Source of the DNA: Patescibacteria group bacterium
GTDB lineage: Bacteria; Patescibacteriota; Minisyncoccia; Phycocordibacterales; BOKC01
Direction of reading: 5' to 3'
Assembly (NCBI GenBank): GCA_038062955.1
Contig: JBBTWE010000001.1
Coordinates: 453,640-517,639, forward strand
Length of the DNA: 64,000 bases
The notes beneath the pieces are model-generated. The model made no database searches, had not been told where the DNA came from, and saw only the letters and a list, made by a program, of their open reading frames with translations. How positions within the stretch are numbered: the first letter of the stretch is position 1; the number at the start of each line of letters is the position of its first letter. A program made the position numbers and the translations under genes. This document shows, one piece after another, positions 9,582 through 20,381 of the stretch.

Positions 9582-9601
9582 CCTGCCTGCCGGCAGGCAG
9601 G
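9582..9601. repeat. Perfect 20-bp palindrome CCTGCCTGCCGGCAGGCAGG within degenerate heptamer repeats
   Basis: Seen directly; flanked by tagaaag/taaaaag/tgtaaag units. Confidence 0.8.
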
Positions 9602-9703
9602 AAGTAAAAAGTGTAAAGTCAGTTCTAAATATAAATAAAGGGCGACCATGGCTGTTTTTGCCTTGGTCGCCCCTCGTTGTGTGTGCTCATCGATCGCAAC
9701 TTG

Positions 9704-10162
9704 CTACCTTGGCAAGCCAACAAGCCACACGTCTTCGTTGTACCAATCGTCACTAGAGCCAGCGCGTACGTGAACGCAACGCTCTCCCGTAAGCACATCG
9801 AAGATCAGGAAACACCATTCGCCATTCTCATTCTGCCAATGAGTAGCATGGAAATGAGTACCGACAAGGGCATCGACTTCAATCGCGGCCATGAGAGAGT
9901 ATGGGTCGGCAGGCTTAAGACCCTCCTGCCAGAACGCTTCCTGGAGATCGGTGTCCGAGATGCGACCCCGCTTAGGCAGATTGGGCTTAAAGAAAATGAC
10001 TGTAACGGGATCCCACATGCCACGGGGCATTGTATCCATCACATCATCATCAACGTACTGCAAACACTTCGTTGCACTGAGGGCTTCTTGGGGAGAACGG
10101 GAACGATCCACCTGGACACGACGAAGGATTCTATTACCAGACTGAGCAAACGGTTGAGACAT
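9704..10162 (-). CDS. Hypothetical protein (GC-rich cassette)
   Basis: SD GAGGAGG precedes MSQPFAQ; terminator hairpin gggcgacca..tggtcgccc at about 9640-9673. Confidence 0.7.
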   Translation of the reverse strand: MSQPFAQSGNRILRRVQVDRSRSPQEALSATKCLQYVDDDVMDTMPRGMWDPVTVIFFKPNLPKRGRISDTDLQEAFWQEGLKPADPYSLMAAIEVDALVGTHFHATHWQNENGEWCFLIFDVLTGERCVHVRAGSSDDWYNEDVWLVGLPR

Positions 10163-10411
10163 GACACACCTCCTCGATGTGTTGGAATTGGATTTGTGAC
10201 TTAGCGAAGTTGTCTGCCTCATCGGCAGATAAACTTTGCCACAGCAGGAGATAGCCCTGTAAAATTGATTCAGGATTCATGAAGCATGATTCAAGAATAA
10301 ATACAGAGCGAGCATCTGCTGTGGCAAAACCCTAGGAAAACGGGCAAGTCAGTGAGTTTTTAATGAACAATTTTCTGCGTCTAGCATACACATATTCGTG
10401 TATTTTGTCAA
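10163..10411 (-). promoter_or_regulatory. Promoter plus roughly 215-nt structured 5' leader
   Basis: TTGACA (10411-10406), 17 bp, TATGCT (10388-10383); 13-bp inverted repeat tttgccacagcag/ctgctgtggcaaa and further stems. Confidence 0.6.
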
Positions 10412-10424
10412 TAATCAATGCGCC

Positions 10425-10543
10425 TGCCTCACCCTACACAACATAATAGAAAGAGACTAGCGAGCGCGGCGGCGCAAGCTCGAGGAATTTTCTAGCAAGA
10501 AAATATCCGTGCTCTTTCTGTTATGTTGTGTGGGGGTGGGACA
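10425..10543. repeat. Long imperfect palindrome just downstream of groEL
   Basis: caccctacacaacataatagaaagag ... ctctttctgttatgttgtgtgggggtg arms of about 26 bp. Confidence 0.75.
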
Positions 10544-10546
10544 AAA

Positions 10547-12329
<1,783 letters not shown>

Positions 12330-12366
12330 ATTTAATATCAAATTTGTATCTCTTTCGACTAGTCCG

Positions 12367-12720
12367 TTATTTTATAATAGCGAGTATGCTTTCTTCTTTA
12401 AGAATATAGAGTTCTTCGCCTTCAACCTTAACCTCATCAAAACCATATTTAGAAAACAATACCCGGTCACCCACTTTTATTCTGATTGGAATGAGTTTAC
12501 CGTCTTCATACTTTCCCTCACCTACAGCAAGTACTTCACCTTGTTCTGGCTTCTCCTTATCTATTGTATCGGGAATTATAATTCCATACTGATTTTTCTT
12601 AGATAAATCAGAAGAAGAAAAAGGTTTGACCAAAATTCTGTCTTGAAGCGGCACAATCTTATGAGCTTTTTTTGTTTCGATTGCAGGACTTGATATTTTG
12701 GGGTTTTGTTTCCTTATCAT
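12367..12720 (-). CDS. groS: Co-chaperonin GroES
   Basis: PLQDRILV, GIIIPDT, GEVLAVGEG, VGDRVLFSKY. Confidence 0.96.
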   Translation of the reverse strand: MIRKQNPKISSPAIETKKAHKIVPLQDRILVKPFSSSDLSKKNQYGIIIPDTIDKEKPEQGEVLAVGEGKYEDGKLIPIRIKVGDRVLFSKYGFDEVKVEGEELYILKEESILAIIK

Positions 12721-12756
12721 AAATATTTAACGATTGTAAATAATAAAAGAAAAATT

Positions 12757-12883
12757 TAAAAACTTTCAGATTTGAGCGCGGTTTTAACGAGTCAGAAATT
12801 TTATATCACTTCGTGATAAAAAATCTTCCGACATGATTTTTGTGGTGCAAAAATCAGAAATGTGCCAAATGAGGAAGTTTTTT
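12757..12883. repeat. Modular palindromic element (shell A + module D, reverse orientation)
   Basis: Near reverse complement of 12205-12329. Confidence 0.88.
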
Positions 12884-12894
12884 GGGGTGGACGT

Positions 12895-12924
12895 ATTATA
12901 GAGGAATTAAAAACAGTAAGTCAA
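12895..12924 (-). promoter_or_regulatory. Probable groESL promoter
   Basis: TTGACT, 18 bp, TATAAT on the minus strand. Confidence 0.6.
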
Positions 12925-13041
12925 CAAAAGAAGATTCCACTAGAGTTTATAGATTTTTATCTAGGTCATATAAAACGATAACTCCACTGACTACCACGGT
13001 CATCTTGTCAAAAACACCCTAATCGGCTAGAATATCGGAAT

Positions 13042-13278
13042 ATGAATTTTATCGCAAACACCCTGCCTTTTTTCCAAATTATTCTATCTATTGCCTTAAT
13101 AGCCTTGATTCTCTTACAGAGATCAGAGGCTGGAGTTGGAGGAACTTTCGGAGGCGGTGAAGGAGGATCTGGCCACTTCGCTAGACGAGGAATGGAAAAA
13201 ATTCTATTTAACAGCACGGTAATTGTTGCTTTGCTTTTCGCCCTGTCTTCTTTTCTAGCTTTTTACTTTGGAGCGTAA
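13042..13278 (+). CDS. secG: Preprotein translocase subunit SecG
   Basis: Two TM helices around ILLQRSEAGVGGTFGG..RRGMEKIL. Confidence 0.93.
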   Translation: MNFIANTLPFFQIILSIALIALILLQRSEAGVGGTFGGGEGGSGHFARRGMEKILFNSTVIVALLFALSSFLAFYFGA

Positions 13279-13434
13279 TCATTTGAGCTCAATCTCAAAT
13301 CATAGACTTAAATATCGATTGTTAAAAAAACTCTTAATTCTTGTAATATAAAAGTTGCTAATTTACGAAAAGAATATTAGGTGTTTTATATTCGTGTCAT
13401 TCGAATGCATTCGTATATTGGTGTCGCACTCATC

Positions 13435-15231
13435 ATGGAAGAACTAAATCAGGATTTTTATCCAAAATTCGACAACACAAATTCTTTTTCAAATAAAAAA
13501 TCAAAAAGATGGCTTGGCCGTCTTGATTCAAGATTGAAAAAAATTCTTTCCAACTTATCAATTGTGGAGAGTTTTATTTTTTATTTATTTGTCGTTTTGT
13601 TTGCTTTCTCGGGGTTGTTTATGTTTTTTCAGTTAAATAACGTTTTCATGACGGAAGTTCCTGCTAAAAGAGGTTCTATAACTGAAGGTGTGATTGGCTA
13701 TCCTCGAGCAATCAATCCCCTTCTCGCGAGCGACTCCTCCGAAGCAGATAAAGATTTGGTGCTTTTAGTTTATTCCGGACTTCTCAAGGCGACCCCGGAA
13801 GGCGACCTGATCTCTGATCTAGCCGAGAGTTACAAAATTTCTAAAGACGGTTTAACGTATAGTTTTAAACTTAAAGATGATATCTATTTTCATGATGGCG
13901 TTGCAATCAAAACGGCAGATGTAAAATTTACAATTGAAAAAGCTCAAGACCCTTTAACTAAGAGTTCGGAAAGAATTAATTGGGACGGAGTACAAGTTAA
14001 GATATTGAATGACAAAGAATTGGACCTCGTCTTACCTCAAGCTTATGCCCCGTTTTTGGAAAATGCCACTCTCGGAATACTCCCTAAACACTTATGGGAA
14101 AATCTTGATGCAAATCAATTTGCTCTAAGTCCATTAAATTTGGAACCAATAGGATCTGGCCCTTATAAAGTTGAAAATATAAGAAGAGACAGAGACGGAC
14201 TCCCAATTTATTATTCTCTTGGATCATTCAAAAAATATGCCCTTGGACAACCTAATATTAAAGACATTTATCTAAAATTCTTTCTTAATGAAGAGAATTT
14301 GATTTTGGCATTTGAAGATGGACAGATAGAAAACATAAACAGCATTTCGCCGGGAAAAGCATTATCTCTTAAAAAAGATGGCTTTGAAATAAAACGCGCA
14401 ACCCTTTCAAGAATTTTTGGAGTATTTTTCAACCAAAGCCAAGCTCCAATATTCACCAACAAAGAAGTTCGCAAAGCTTTGGAAATGTCTGTCGACAAGA
14501 ATGCTTTAATCGCAAAAGTTTTAGCTGGTTATGGAAAACCAGTATCAAGCCCAGTCCCAATACAGTACCAATTGGTAAAAGAAAAGGAAGATACGCAATC
14601 AATTGAAGAAAGATTGAGTGAGGCAAGATTGATTCTTCAAAACGGCGGTTGGAAATTTGACGACGATAAAAAGCTTTGGACGAAGAAAGTGAAAGACGAA
14701 GAACTTGAACTAAGTTTTTCAATTTCAACAGCTGATACGCCTGATCTCAAAGCGGCCGCGCAGATCATAAAAGATAATTGGGAAAGTTTAGGCGCCAAGG
14801 TAGATGTTAAGGTTTTTGATTTAAGCGATCTAAAACAAAATATAATAAGGCCACGCAAATACGAAGCATTGCTTTTTGGTACAGTCATCGGACGCGATTT
14901 GGATTTATATCCATTCTGGCACTCATCACAGAGAAACGATCCGGGACTCAATATTGCGCTTTATGTAAACAAGGAAGCCGATAAAGTTTTAGAAGGGATT
15001 AGACAACTGACCGACAAAACACTCCGACTTCAAAAATACGCTGAATTTGGAAAGATGATCGAAGAGGATACACCTGCTGTCTTCATTTATTCTCCCGAAT
15101 TTATTTATTTAGTGCCAAATAGAATTAAAGATATTAAACTTGATTTTTTGACCACTTCAAGTGAAAGATTTTTAAACATTGAAGATTGGTATGTGGAAAC
15201 AGATAAGGTGTGGAAAATATTCGCAAACTAA
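13435..15231 (+). CDS. Peptide ABC transporter substrate-binding protein (family 5)
   Basis: LVYSGLLK..DLAESY..FHDG..TADV.FT, PIGSGPY; N-terminal TM anchor; start uncertain. Confidence 0.9.
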   Translation: MEELNQDFYPKFDNTNSFSNKKSKRWLGRLDSRLKKILSNLSIVESFIFYLFVVLFAFSGLFMFFQLNNVFMTEVPAKRGSITEGVIGYPRAINPLLASDSSEADKDLVLLVYSGLLKATPEGDLISDLAESYKISKDGLTYSFKLKDDIYFHDGVAIKTADVKFTIEKAQDPLTKSSERINWDGVQVKILNDKELDLVLPQAYAPFLENATLGILPKHLWENLDANQFALSPLNLEPIGSGPYKVENIRRDRDGLPIYYSLGSFKKYALGQPNIKDIYLKFFLNEENLILAFEDGQIENINSISPGKALSLKKDGFEIKRATLSRIFGVFFNQSQAPIFTNKEVRKALEMSVDKNALIAKVLAGYGKPVSSPVPIQYQLVKEKEDTQSIEERLSEARLILQNGGWKFDDDKKLWTKKVKDEELELSFSISTADTPDLKAAAQIIKDNWESLGAKVDVKVFDLSDLKQNIIRPRKYEALLFGTVIGRDLDLYPFWHSSQRNDPGLNIALYVNKEADKVLEGIRQLTDKTLRLQKYAEFGKMIEEDTPAVFIYSPEFIYLVPNRIKDIKLDFLTTSSERFLNIEDWYVETDKVWKIFAN

Positions 15232-15322
15232 ACAGATTCAAGAATAGAAATAAATTACTTTACTTTATTAAACTTTTTCAACTTATAAAACTAATTAAAC
15301 TTATCAGAATTAACAAACTAAA

Positions 15323-17215
15323 ATGATTAATAGAAACGAAACAAACACAACGCCCATTGTGGTGAAAACAAAAAGAGAAGAGAGATTACCAACTAGCCAC
15401 AGCTCGCACCCACGCCGTCCACGCAGTGGCGGAAGTGGTGGTGGTAGAAGAAAAATGGGACGAAGTCAGAGAAGACCGAGCGACTTTAGACCATCTGAAG
15501 AGAGCCAAAAACGTCGAAGAGAAACGGCTGATATTCCCTCTCCAGGCGACAATATCAGGATTATTCCTCTTGGTGGCGTGGAAGAAGTCGGAAAGAATAT
15601 GACCGCAATAGAGTACAAAGATGACATTATTATAATGGACTGCGGTTTGCAGTTTAAAGATACTGACACACCTGGCATTGATTACATTATTCCCAATGTT
15701 AAATATCTAATCGAACGAAAACATAAAATTCGCGGTATTTTTATCACCCACGGACATTTGGATCATATCGGAGGAATCCCTTACGTGATTGCCCAACTTG
15801 GAAACCCACCGGTATATTCTCGAGAATTCGGAGCGCTTATGATCAGAAAACGCCACGAAGAATTTCCTCATCTACCACAGATCGATATGAGAATTCTGCA
15901 AGAAAACGAAAAGATTCTTATTGGTAAAAACTTTAAGATAGAAACTTTTGCGATTTCACACACAATCCCAGACACAGTTGGCTTCGTTATTGAAACTGCT
16001 ATCGGAAAAATTGTCTTTATCGAAGACGTGCGAGTAGACAATGTTGCTGGAGTACCGACAGAAGAAGAAGTGGAACAATATCAAAGATTTAAAGGAGAAA
16101 AGATATTGTTTTTGACTATGGATTCCACGTCTGTTGAAAAGCCGGGGTTCTCTATCTCGGAGGACGTTGTCGTAAAAAATATTGAGAAAATAATAAAAGA
16201 AGCTCCTGGTAGGCTTGTCATAGGCACTTTTGCTTCCCAAGTGGAAAGAATAATAAGCATTATCGACATATCAGAAAAATATGGAAAGAAAGTGGCGGTT
16301 GAAGGCCGAAGCATGAAGAATAATTTGGAGATTATAAAACAATTAAATCTTCTCAAAGATACCAAAAATCTTATCGGGGTTAATGAGATAAATGATTTTC
16401 CTCCTTCAAAAATCGTCATGATTACAACTGGCGCTCAAGGTGAAGAATATGCCGCCCTTATGAGAATCGCCAATAAAACTCATAAAGGAATCACTCTCAA
16501 CAAAACTGACACGGTGTTGCTTTCATCGTCTGTTATTCCTGGAAACGAATATGCGATTACCAAACTCAAAGACAATCTTTACAGATCAGAAGCAAAAATA
16601 ATCACTTACAGAGATTCAGATATCCACGCTTCGGGACACGGAAATAGAGAAGAATTGGGTTGGATTCATGAGCAGATAGATTATAAATTTTTCATGCCTG
16701 TTCACGGACATCACTTTATGCTCCGCCAACACGCTGAATTATCGGAATCATTAGGCACTCCACGAGAAAATATAGTCATTCCAGATAACGGTTCTATTAT
16801 AGAAATTTCAGCTGACGGACAAAAAATAAAAATCTTAAAAGAAAAAGCTCCTTCAAGCATGATGACGGTTGACGGGTTTTCTATTGGAGATGTTCAGGAG
16901 GTTGTTATTAGAGACAGAAAAATGCTCGCCGAAGATGGAATGTTTGTTATTATCGCAAGCATCAATGCTAAAACAGGTAAACTCAAAAAATCTCCTGACA
17001 TTATCTCAAGAGGATTCGTTTATCTTCGTGAATCCCAAGACCTACTCCAACAGACCAGAATTATAATCAAGAAGACTGTTGAGGACACGATTGCTGGTAT
17101 GAATCCAATCAATTTTGATTTTGTAAAATCAAATGTTACAGAAAATGTCACCAAATTCTTATTCCAAAAAACCGCCAAGCATCCAGTGGTTATACCTGTA
17201 GTGTTAGAGATCTAA
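15323..17215 (+). CDS. rnj: Ribonuclease J
   Basis: PLGGVEEVGKN, THGHLDHIG, HASGH, PVHG; basic N-terminal extension. Confidence 0.96.
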   Translation: MINRNETNTTPIVVKTKREERLPTSHSSHPRRPRSGGSGGGRRKMGRSQRRPSDFRPSEESQKRRRETADIPSPGDNIRIIPLGGVEEVGKNMTAIEYKDDIIIMDCGLQFKDTDTPGIDYIIPNVKYLIERKHKIRGIFITHGHLDHIGGIPYVIAQLGNPPVYSREFGALMIRKRHEEFPHLPQIDMRILQENEKILIGKNFKIETFAISHTIPDTVGFVIETAIGKIVFIEDVRVDNVAGVPTEEEVEQYQRFKGEKILFLTMDSTSVEKPGFSISEDVVVKNIEKIIKEAPGRLVIGTFASQVERIISIIDISEKYGKKVAVEGRSMKNNLEIIKQLNLLKDTKNLIGVNEINDFPPSKIVMITTGAQGEEYAALMRIANKTHKGITLNKTDTVLLSSSVIPGNEYAITKLKDNLYRSEAKIITYRDSDIHASGHGNREELGWIHEQIDYKFFMPVHGHHFMLRQHAELSESLGTPRENIVIPDNGSIIEISADGQKIKILKEKAPSSMMTVDGFSIGDVQEVVIRDRKMLAEDGMFVIIASINAKTGKLKKSPDIISRGFVYLRESQDLLQQTRIIIKKTVEDTIAGMNPINFDFVKSNVTENVTKFLFQKTAKHPVVIPVVLEI

Positions 17216-17217
17216 AA

Positions 17218-17308
17218 TAATTATCAATTATCAATGTACAATTACCAATCAAGCCTCAAACTCCAATTATCAAACGGTTGAAAATTGGTTATTGATAATT
17301 GAAAATTT
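17218..17308. repeat. Heptamer-based palindromic tract (aattatc/caattac ... gataatt)
   Basis: Tandem degenerate 7-mers followed by their inverted copies. Confidence 0.65.
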
Positions 17309-17312
17309 ACCT

Positions 17313-18539
17313 ATGGACCTCAAACCAATTAATATAACACCTAAAAGATCTTCTAAATCTCTGCTTTTCGTCTACCTGGCAAACTTATTCCTGTCTTTTC
17401 ATTTATATCTCATTCTCTACATAAACTCTTCGTTTTTGGAAAAGTTTTTTTCGTCCACAGCTTTAAGTTGGGTCTATATAGTGGGATCGATTTTAAACTT
17501 AATCCTCCTCCTTGCGGCGCCGAGATTGATTAAAAAAATAGGAATTTACAGCCTGACCATTCTGTTTATTGTTCTTGAAGGATTAGCTATTTTTGGTTTA
17601 AGTCTGGCTCAAACTCCAGCTCTTATCGCATGCCTCTCTGTCCTTCATTTGGCTGTAATCGCAATGATATTTTTTGGCCTAGATATTTTTCTGGAAGAAT
17701 ATTCCCCTCTCGACGAAACCAAAACTGGCAGTATTCGTGGAACATTCCTTACGATTTCAAACGTTACGCTTGTGATCGCTCCTATGATTGCGGGATTTAT
17801 TTTGGTAAACGGAGATTTCTCAAAAATTTATCTGACTTCTTTTCTCTTTCTCATTCCCTTGCTTCTTACTTTAATTATTGGCCTTAGAAATAACGCGGAT
17901 AAAATTCCCGCTCCTTTGCAAAACAAAATAAGTTTTAAAAATTCAATACAGAATATTCTACACAATAAAAATCTCCACGGAATTTTTATGGTTCAATTTA
18001 TTTTGCAATTTTTTTACGCATGGATGGTTATTTATGTACCAATCCATCTTCACCAAAATCTAGGATTCTCTTGGCCAAATATCGGTTTAATTTTTACTAT
18101 AATGCTTTTGCCATTCGTGTTGTTTGAACTGCCGATAGGAAAATTGGAAGATAAAAAATTAGGAGAAAAAGAAGTGATGATTTTAGGATTTATTATTACT
18201 GCTCTTTCTGTTGCTTTTATTCCCTTTCTTAAAGAAGCTAGCTTAATTATCTGGGCCATTCTTTTATTTATTACTCGTACAGGAGCAAGTTTTATTGAAA
18301 TTTCTGCAGAAAGCTATTTTTTCAAACATGTAAACTCAACTAATGCTGACACTATAAGTCTCTTTAGAATGACGAGACCGTTGTCTTTCATAATAGCTCC
18401 TGCTATCGCCGCTTCAACTTTATTCTTGCTAAATTATTTAAAACTAGGTTACGGCCTGTCATTTATAATTCTTTCAATAATTGTTTTTTATGGAATCCGT
18501 TATAGTTTGATGATTACAAATACAAAAAACGAGAAATAA
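17313..18539 (+). CDS. MFS transporter
   Basis: About 12 hydrophobic helices; GKLEDKKLGEK loop motif. Confidence 0.88.
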   Translation: MDLKPINITPKRSSKSLLFVYLANLFLSFHLYLILYINSSFLEKFFSSTALSWVYIVGSILNLILLLAAPRLIKKIGIYSLTILFIVLEGLAIFGLSLAQTPALIACLSVLHLAVIAMIFFGLDIFLEEYSPLDETKTGSIRGTFLTISNVTLVIAPMIAGFILVNGDFSKIYLTSFLFLIPLLLTLIIGLRNNADKIPAPLQNKISFKNSIQNILHNKNLHGIFMVQFILQFFYAWMVIYVPIHLHQNLGFSWPNIGLIFTIMLLPFVLFELPIGKLEDKKLGEKEVMILGFIITALSVAFIPFLKEASLIIWAILLFITRTGASFIEISAESYFFKHVNSTNADTISLFRMTRPLSFIIAPAIAASTLFLLNYLKLGYGLSFIILSIIVFYGIRYSLMITNTKNEK

Positions 18540-18644
18540 AAACACCGTGTTCAGGAGGCCCCCATGAACACGGTGTCGAGCACGTAATTAGCGTGCCAAA
18601 GAACGAGAATGCCCGCCCCCTCTTGAAGGAAGGGCATCCAGACC
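18535..18644 (-). ncRNA. Candidate small structured RNA (three hairpins)
   Basis: TTGTTT, 17 bp, TACTAT upstream (18679-18651); three GC-rich hairpins, the last a 12-bp stem plus T-run. Confidence 0.45.
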
Positions 18645-18744
18645 ACTAATATAGTAAACCTGTCCCTATAATTAAACAAGCTCTGAAAAATCCACCTGTT
18701 TCGGTGGATTTTTTCTCTGTAACCTACCTTGAATTACTGGGATG

Positions 18745-19113
18745 TTATTTTTTCTTGCTTGATTTTACTTTCTTCGCACCGCCCAAATTGGCTTCTTTTT
18801 TCATATCCTCCCAACCACCCTTTAGAGTTTTTTTTACAACTTCTATTTCTGCCTGACTCAAATCTTTAATTTGATTAAACTTTTCTGAAACTTCATCCAC
18901 CACCTTATCGTAAACTTCTTTATTTATATCTTTTAAGCTTTCAAGTTTTTGGATTATCTCGTCTTTTAGTGTAGACACCCAATCTTTAATTTTTTTCCTC
19001 TCTTCTTTTCCCTTCTTAGTGCCATAAAGAAAAACGAGTAAGGCTGCTCCTGCTGCAGTAATTCCCATGACAACTCCTTTAGATAAAAAACTGTTATTTT
19101 TATTATTTTTCAT
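18745..19113 (-). CDS. YtxH-like membrane-anchored coiled-coil protein
   Basis: GITAAGAALLVFLYGTKKGKEERKKI pattern. Confidence 0.7.
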   Translation of the reverse strand: MKNNKNNSFLSKGVVMGITAAGAALLVFLYGTKKGKEERKKIKDWVSTLKDEIIQKLESLKDINKEVYDKVVDEVSEKFNQIKDLSQAEIEVVKKTLKGGWEDMKKEANLGGAKKVKSSKKK

Positions 19114-19147
19114 ATTTTTTCTTTGAGAATTAATTAAACATTCATAA

Positions 19148-19468
19148 CTATTCACTCGGCTCGGTTTTTTCTCGAGTGGTTTTACCGTTGTTTTTTCTGG
19201 CCCGTTTTTTGTTATTAGGTAAAATCAAACTTAAAAGTGCTCTCCATTTGCTTACAAAGGCTTGCCCACCCTCTTTTAAATTCGATCGAAAATCCCGGAC
19301 ATTATTTATAATTTCCTCACCCTCTTTTTTGACATGTTTCACTAATCCAAAAACATCTCGAAGAATTCGAAGAAGATAGATAAGAACCGCAATCAAAACA
19401 CCCGACACTAAGATTACAGCGATTGTCGTAATAAAGAAAAAAATATCGGCTTTCATTAAAGATTCCAT
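19148..19468 (-). CDS. Single-TM hypothetical protein (DUF948-like)
   Basis: N-terminal TM plus amphipathic helix; paired with the YtxH-like gene. Confidence 0.65.
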   Translation of the reverse strand: MESLMKADIFFFITTIAVILVSGVLIAVLIYLLRILRDVFGLVKHVKKEGEEIINNVRDFRSNLKEGGQAFVSKWRALLSLILPNNKKRARKNNGKTTREKTEPSE

Positions 19469-19471
19469 AAA

Positions 19472-20203
19472 TTATATATTAGCCATACAGCTTTTAAATG
19501 CTGATGTTTCTGTCCAGCCACACTTTCCATTTGTTTGTCTTTCACACACCGCCTCCTTATAACAAGCGTACTCTGGCAAAAATTCACAAGTACTCATAAC
19601 GTTTTCATCTGAACAAATCTGCCCACTACACCCTGTCGGTTTGCATTCTTTGAGTGAGACATTATTAGATTTAAATTTAACTGGTATTTCCAATTTATTA
19701 TCATATTCTGGAAGCCCCGATGGATTATCTTTTTCTAGGACCAAAACCCCACTCGTTCCCGTACCAGCATTAAAATTAATCGTTGCGGTAAAAGGCACAA
19801 AATCTTCCGTCATCCATTCCCCTTCCGCTTGCGCGATTCCACTCCCCAAAACTTCCCCACTTAAACTTTTTATTTTCACAGGAAAACTGGCTTCAAAAAA
19901 CCAATATCCTCGAGCTTCCCCTTTTATCACAAGAGGGCTCGTTACCACACTATTCTGTGTTGGAGTTTCCACAACAATCAAATCTTCTTTGCTATTTACG
20001 TTCCCGATTTCCTCGACAAAATTTCTACCATCTGGCGTTTTACACTGTCTTGGATAGGATTCCATTATCGGGAATCCATTATCTGCGCATTCCTGAAAAC
20101 TGTTTATTTTTGCAACTGCCCCATTATCTCTAAAATAAAATATTACGAAAAACAGAACGATTAACGTAATTATAGACAGGGAAATTAAAAAGGTTTTTCT
20201 CAT
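19472..20203 (-). CDS. Exported protein with Gmad2 Ig-like domain and C-terminal eight-cysteine cluster
   Basis: SFQEC..GFPIMESYPRQC, GEARGYWFFEASFP, CKPTGCSGQIC..CE..ACY..CE..CGW. Confidence 0.85.
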   Translation of the reverse strand: MRKTFLISLSIITLIVLFFVIFYFRDNGAVAKINSFQECADNGFPIMESYPRQCKTPDGRNFVEEIGNVNSKEDLIVVETPTQNSVVTSPLVIKGEARGYWFFEASFPVKIKSLSGEVLGSGIAQAEGEWMTEDFVPFTATINFNAGTGTSGVLVLEKDNPSGLPEYDNKLEIPVKFKSNNVSLKECKPTGCSGQICSDENVMSTCEFLPEYACYKEAVCERQTNGKCGWTETSAFKSCMANI

Positions 20204-20320
20204 CCCGTTAGAAGCAGGTCTCGGTCACCCGATGCCCCACCAAATTTACTATTTAATTTAATAATACTTTTTCTTTGTTTAAACAAATTTTAGTGAACCG
20301 TGACCGAGGCTTCTAACGGG
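20204..20320. repeat. CCCGTTAGAAG...CTTCTAACGGG terminal-inverted-repeat element
   Basis: 11-bp perfect TIR plus inner ctcggtcac/gtgaccgag; flanked by ctcat on both sides. Confidence 0.8.
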
Positions 20321-20381
20321 ACTCATAACTTTATGATATGTAAGTGTTGGATAAAAATCAAACTAAAATTGCCTTTGTAAT

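Noticed and set aside
9677-10204. 175-aa plus-strand ORF and similar antisense ORFs (10509, 26594, 26901, 19641)
   Set aside because: Shadows of opposite-strand genes that have better motifs or expression signals.
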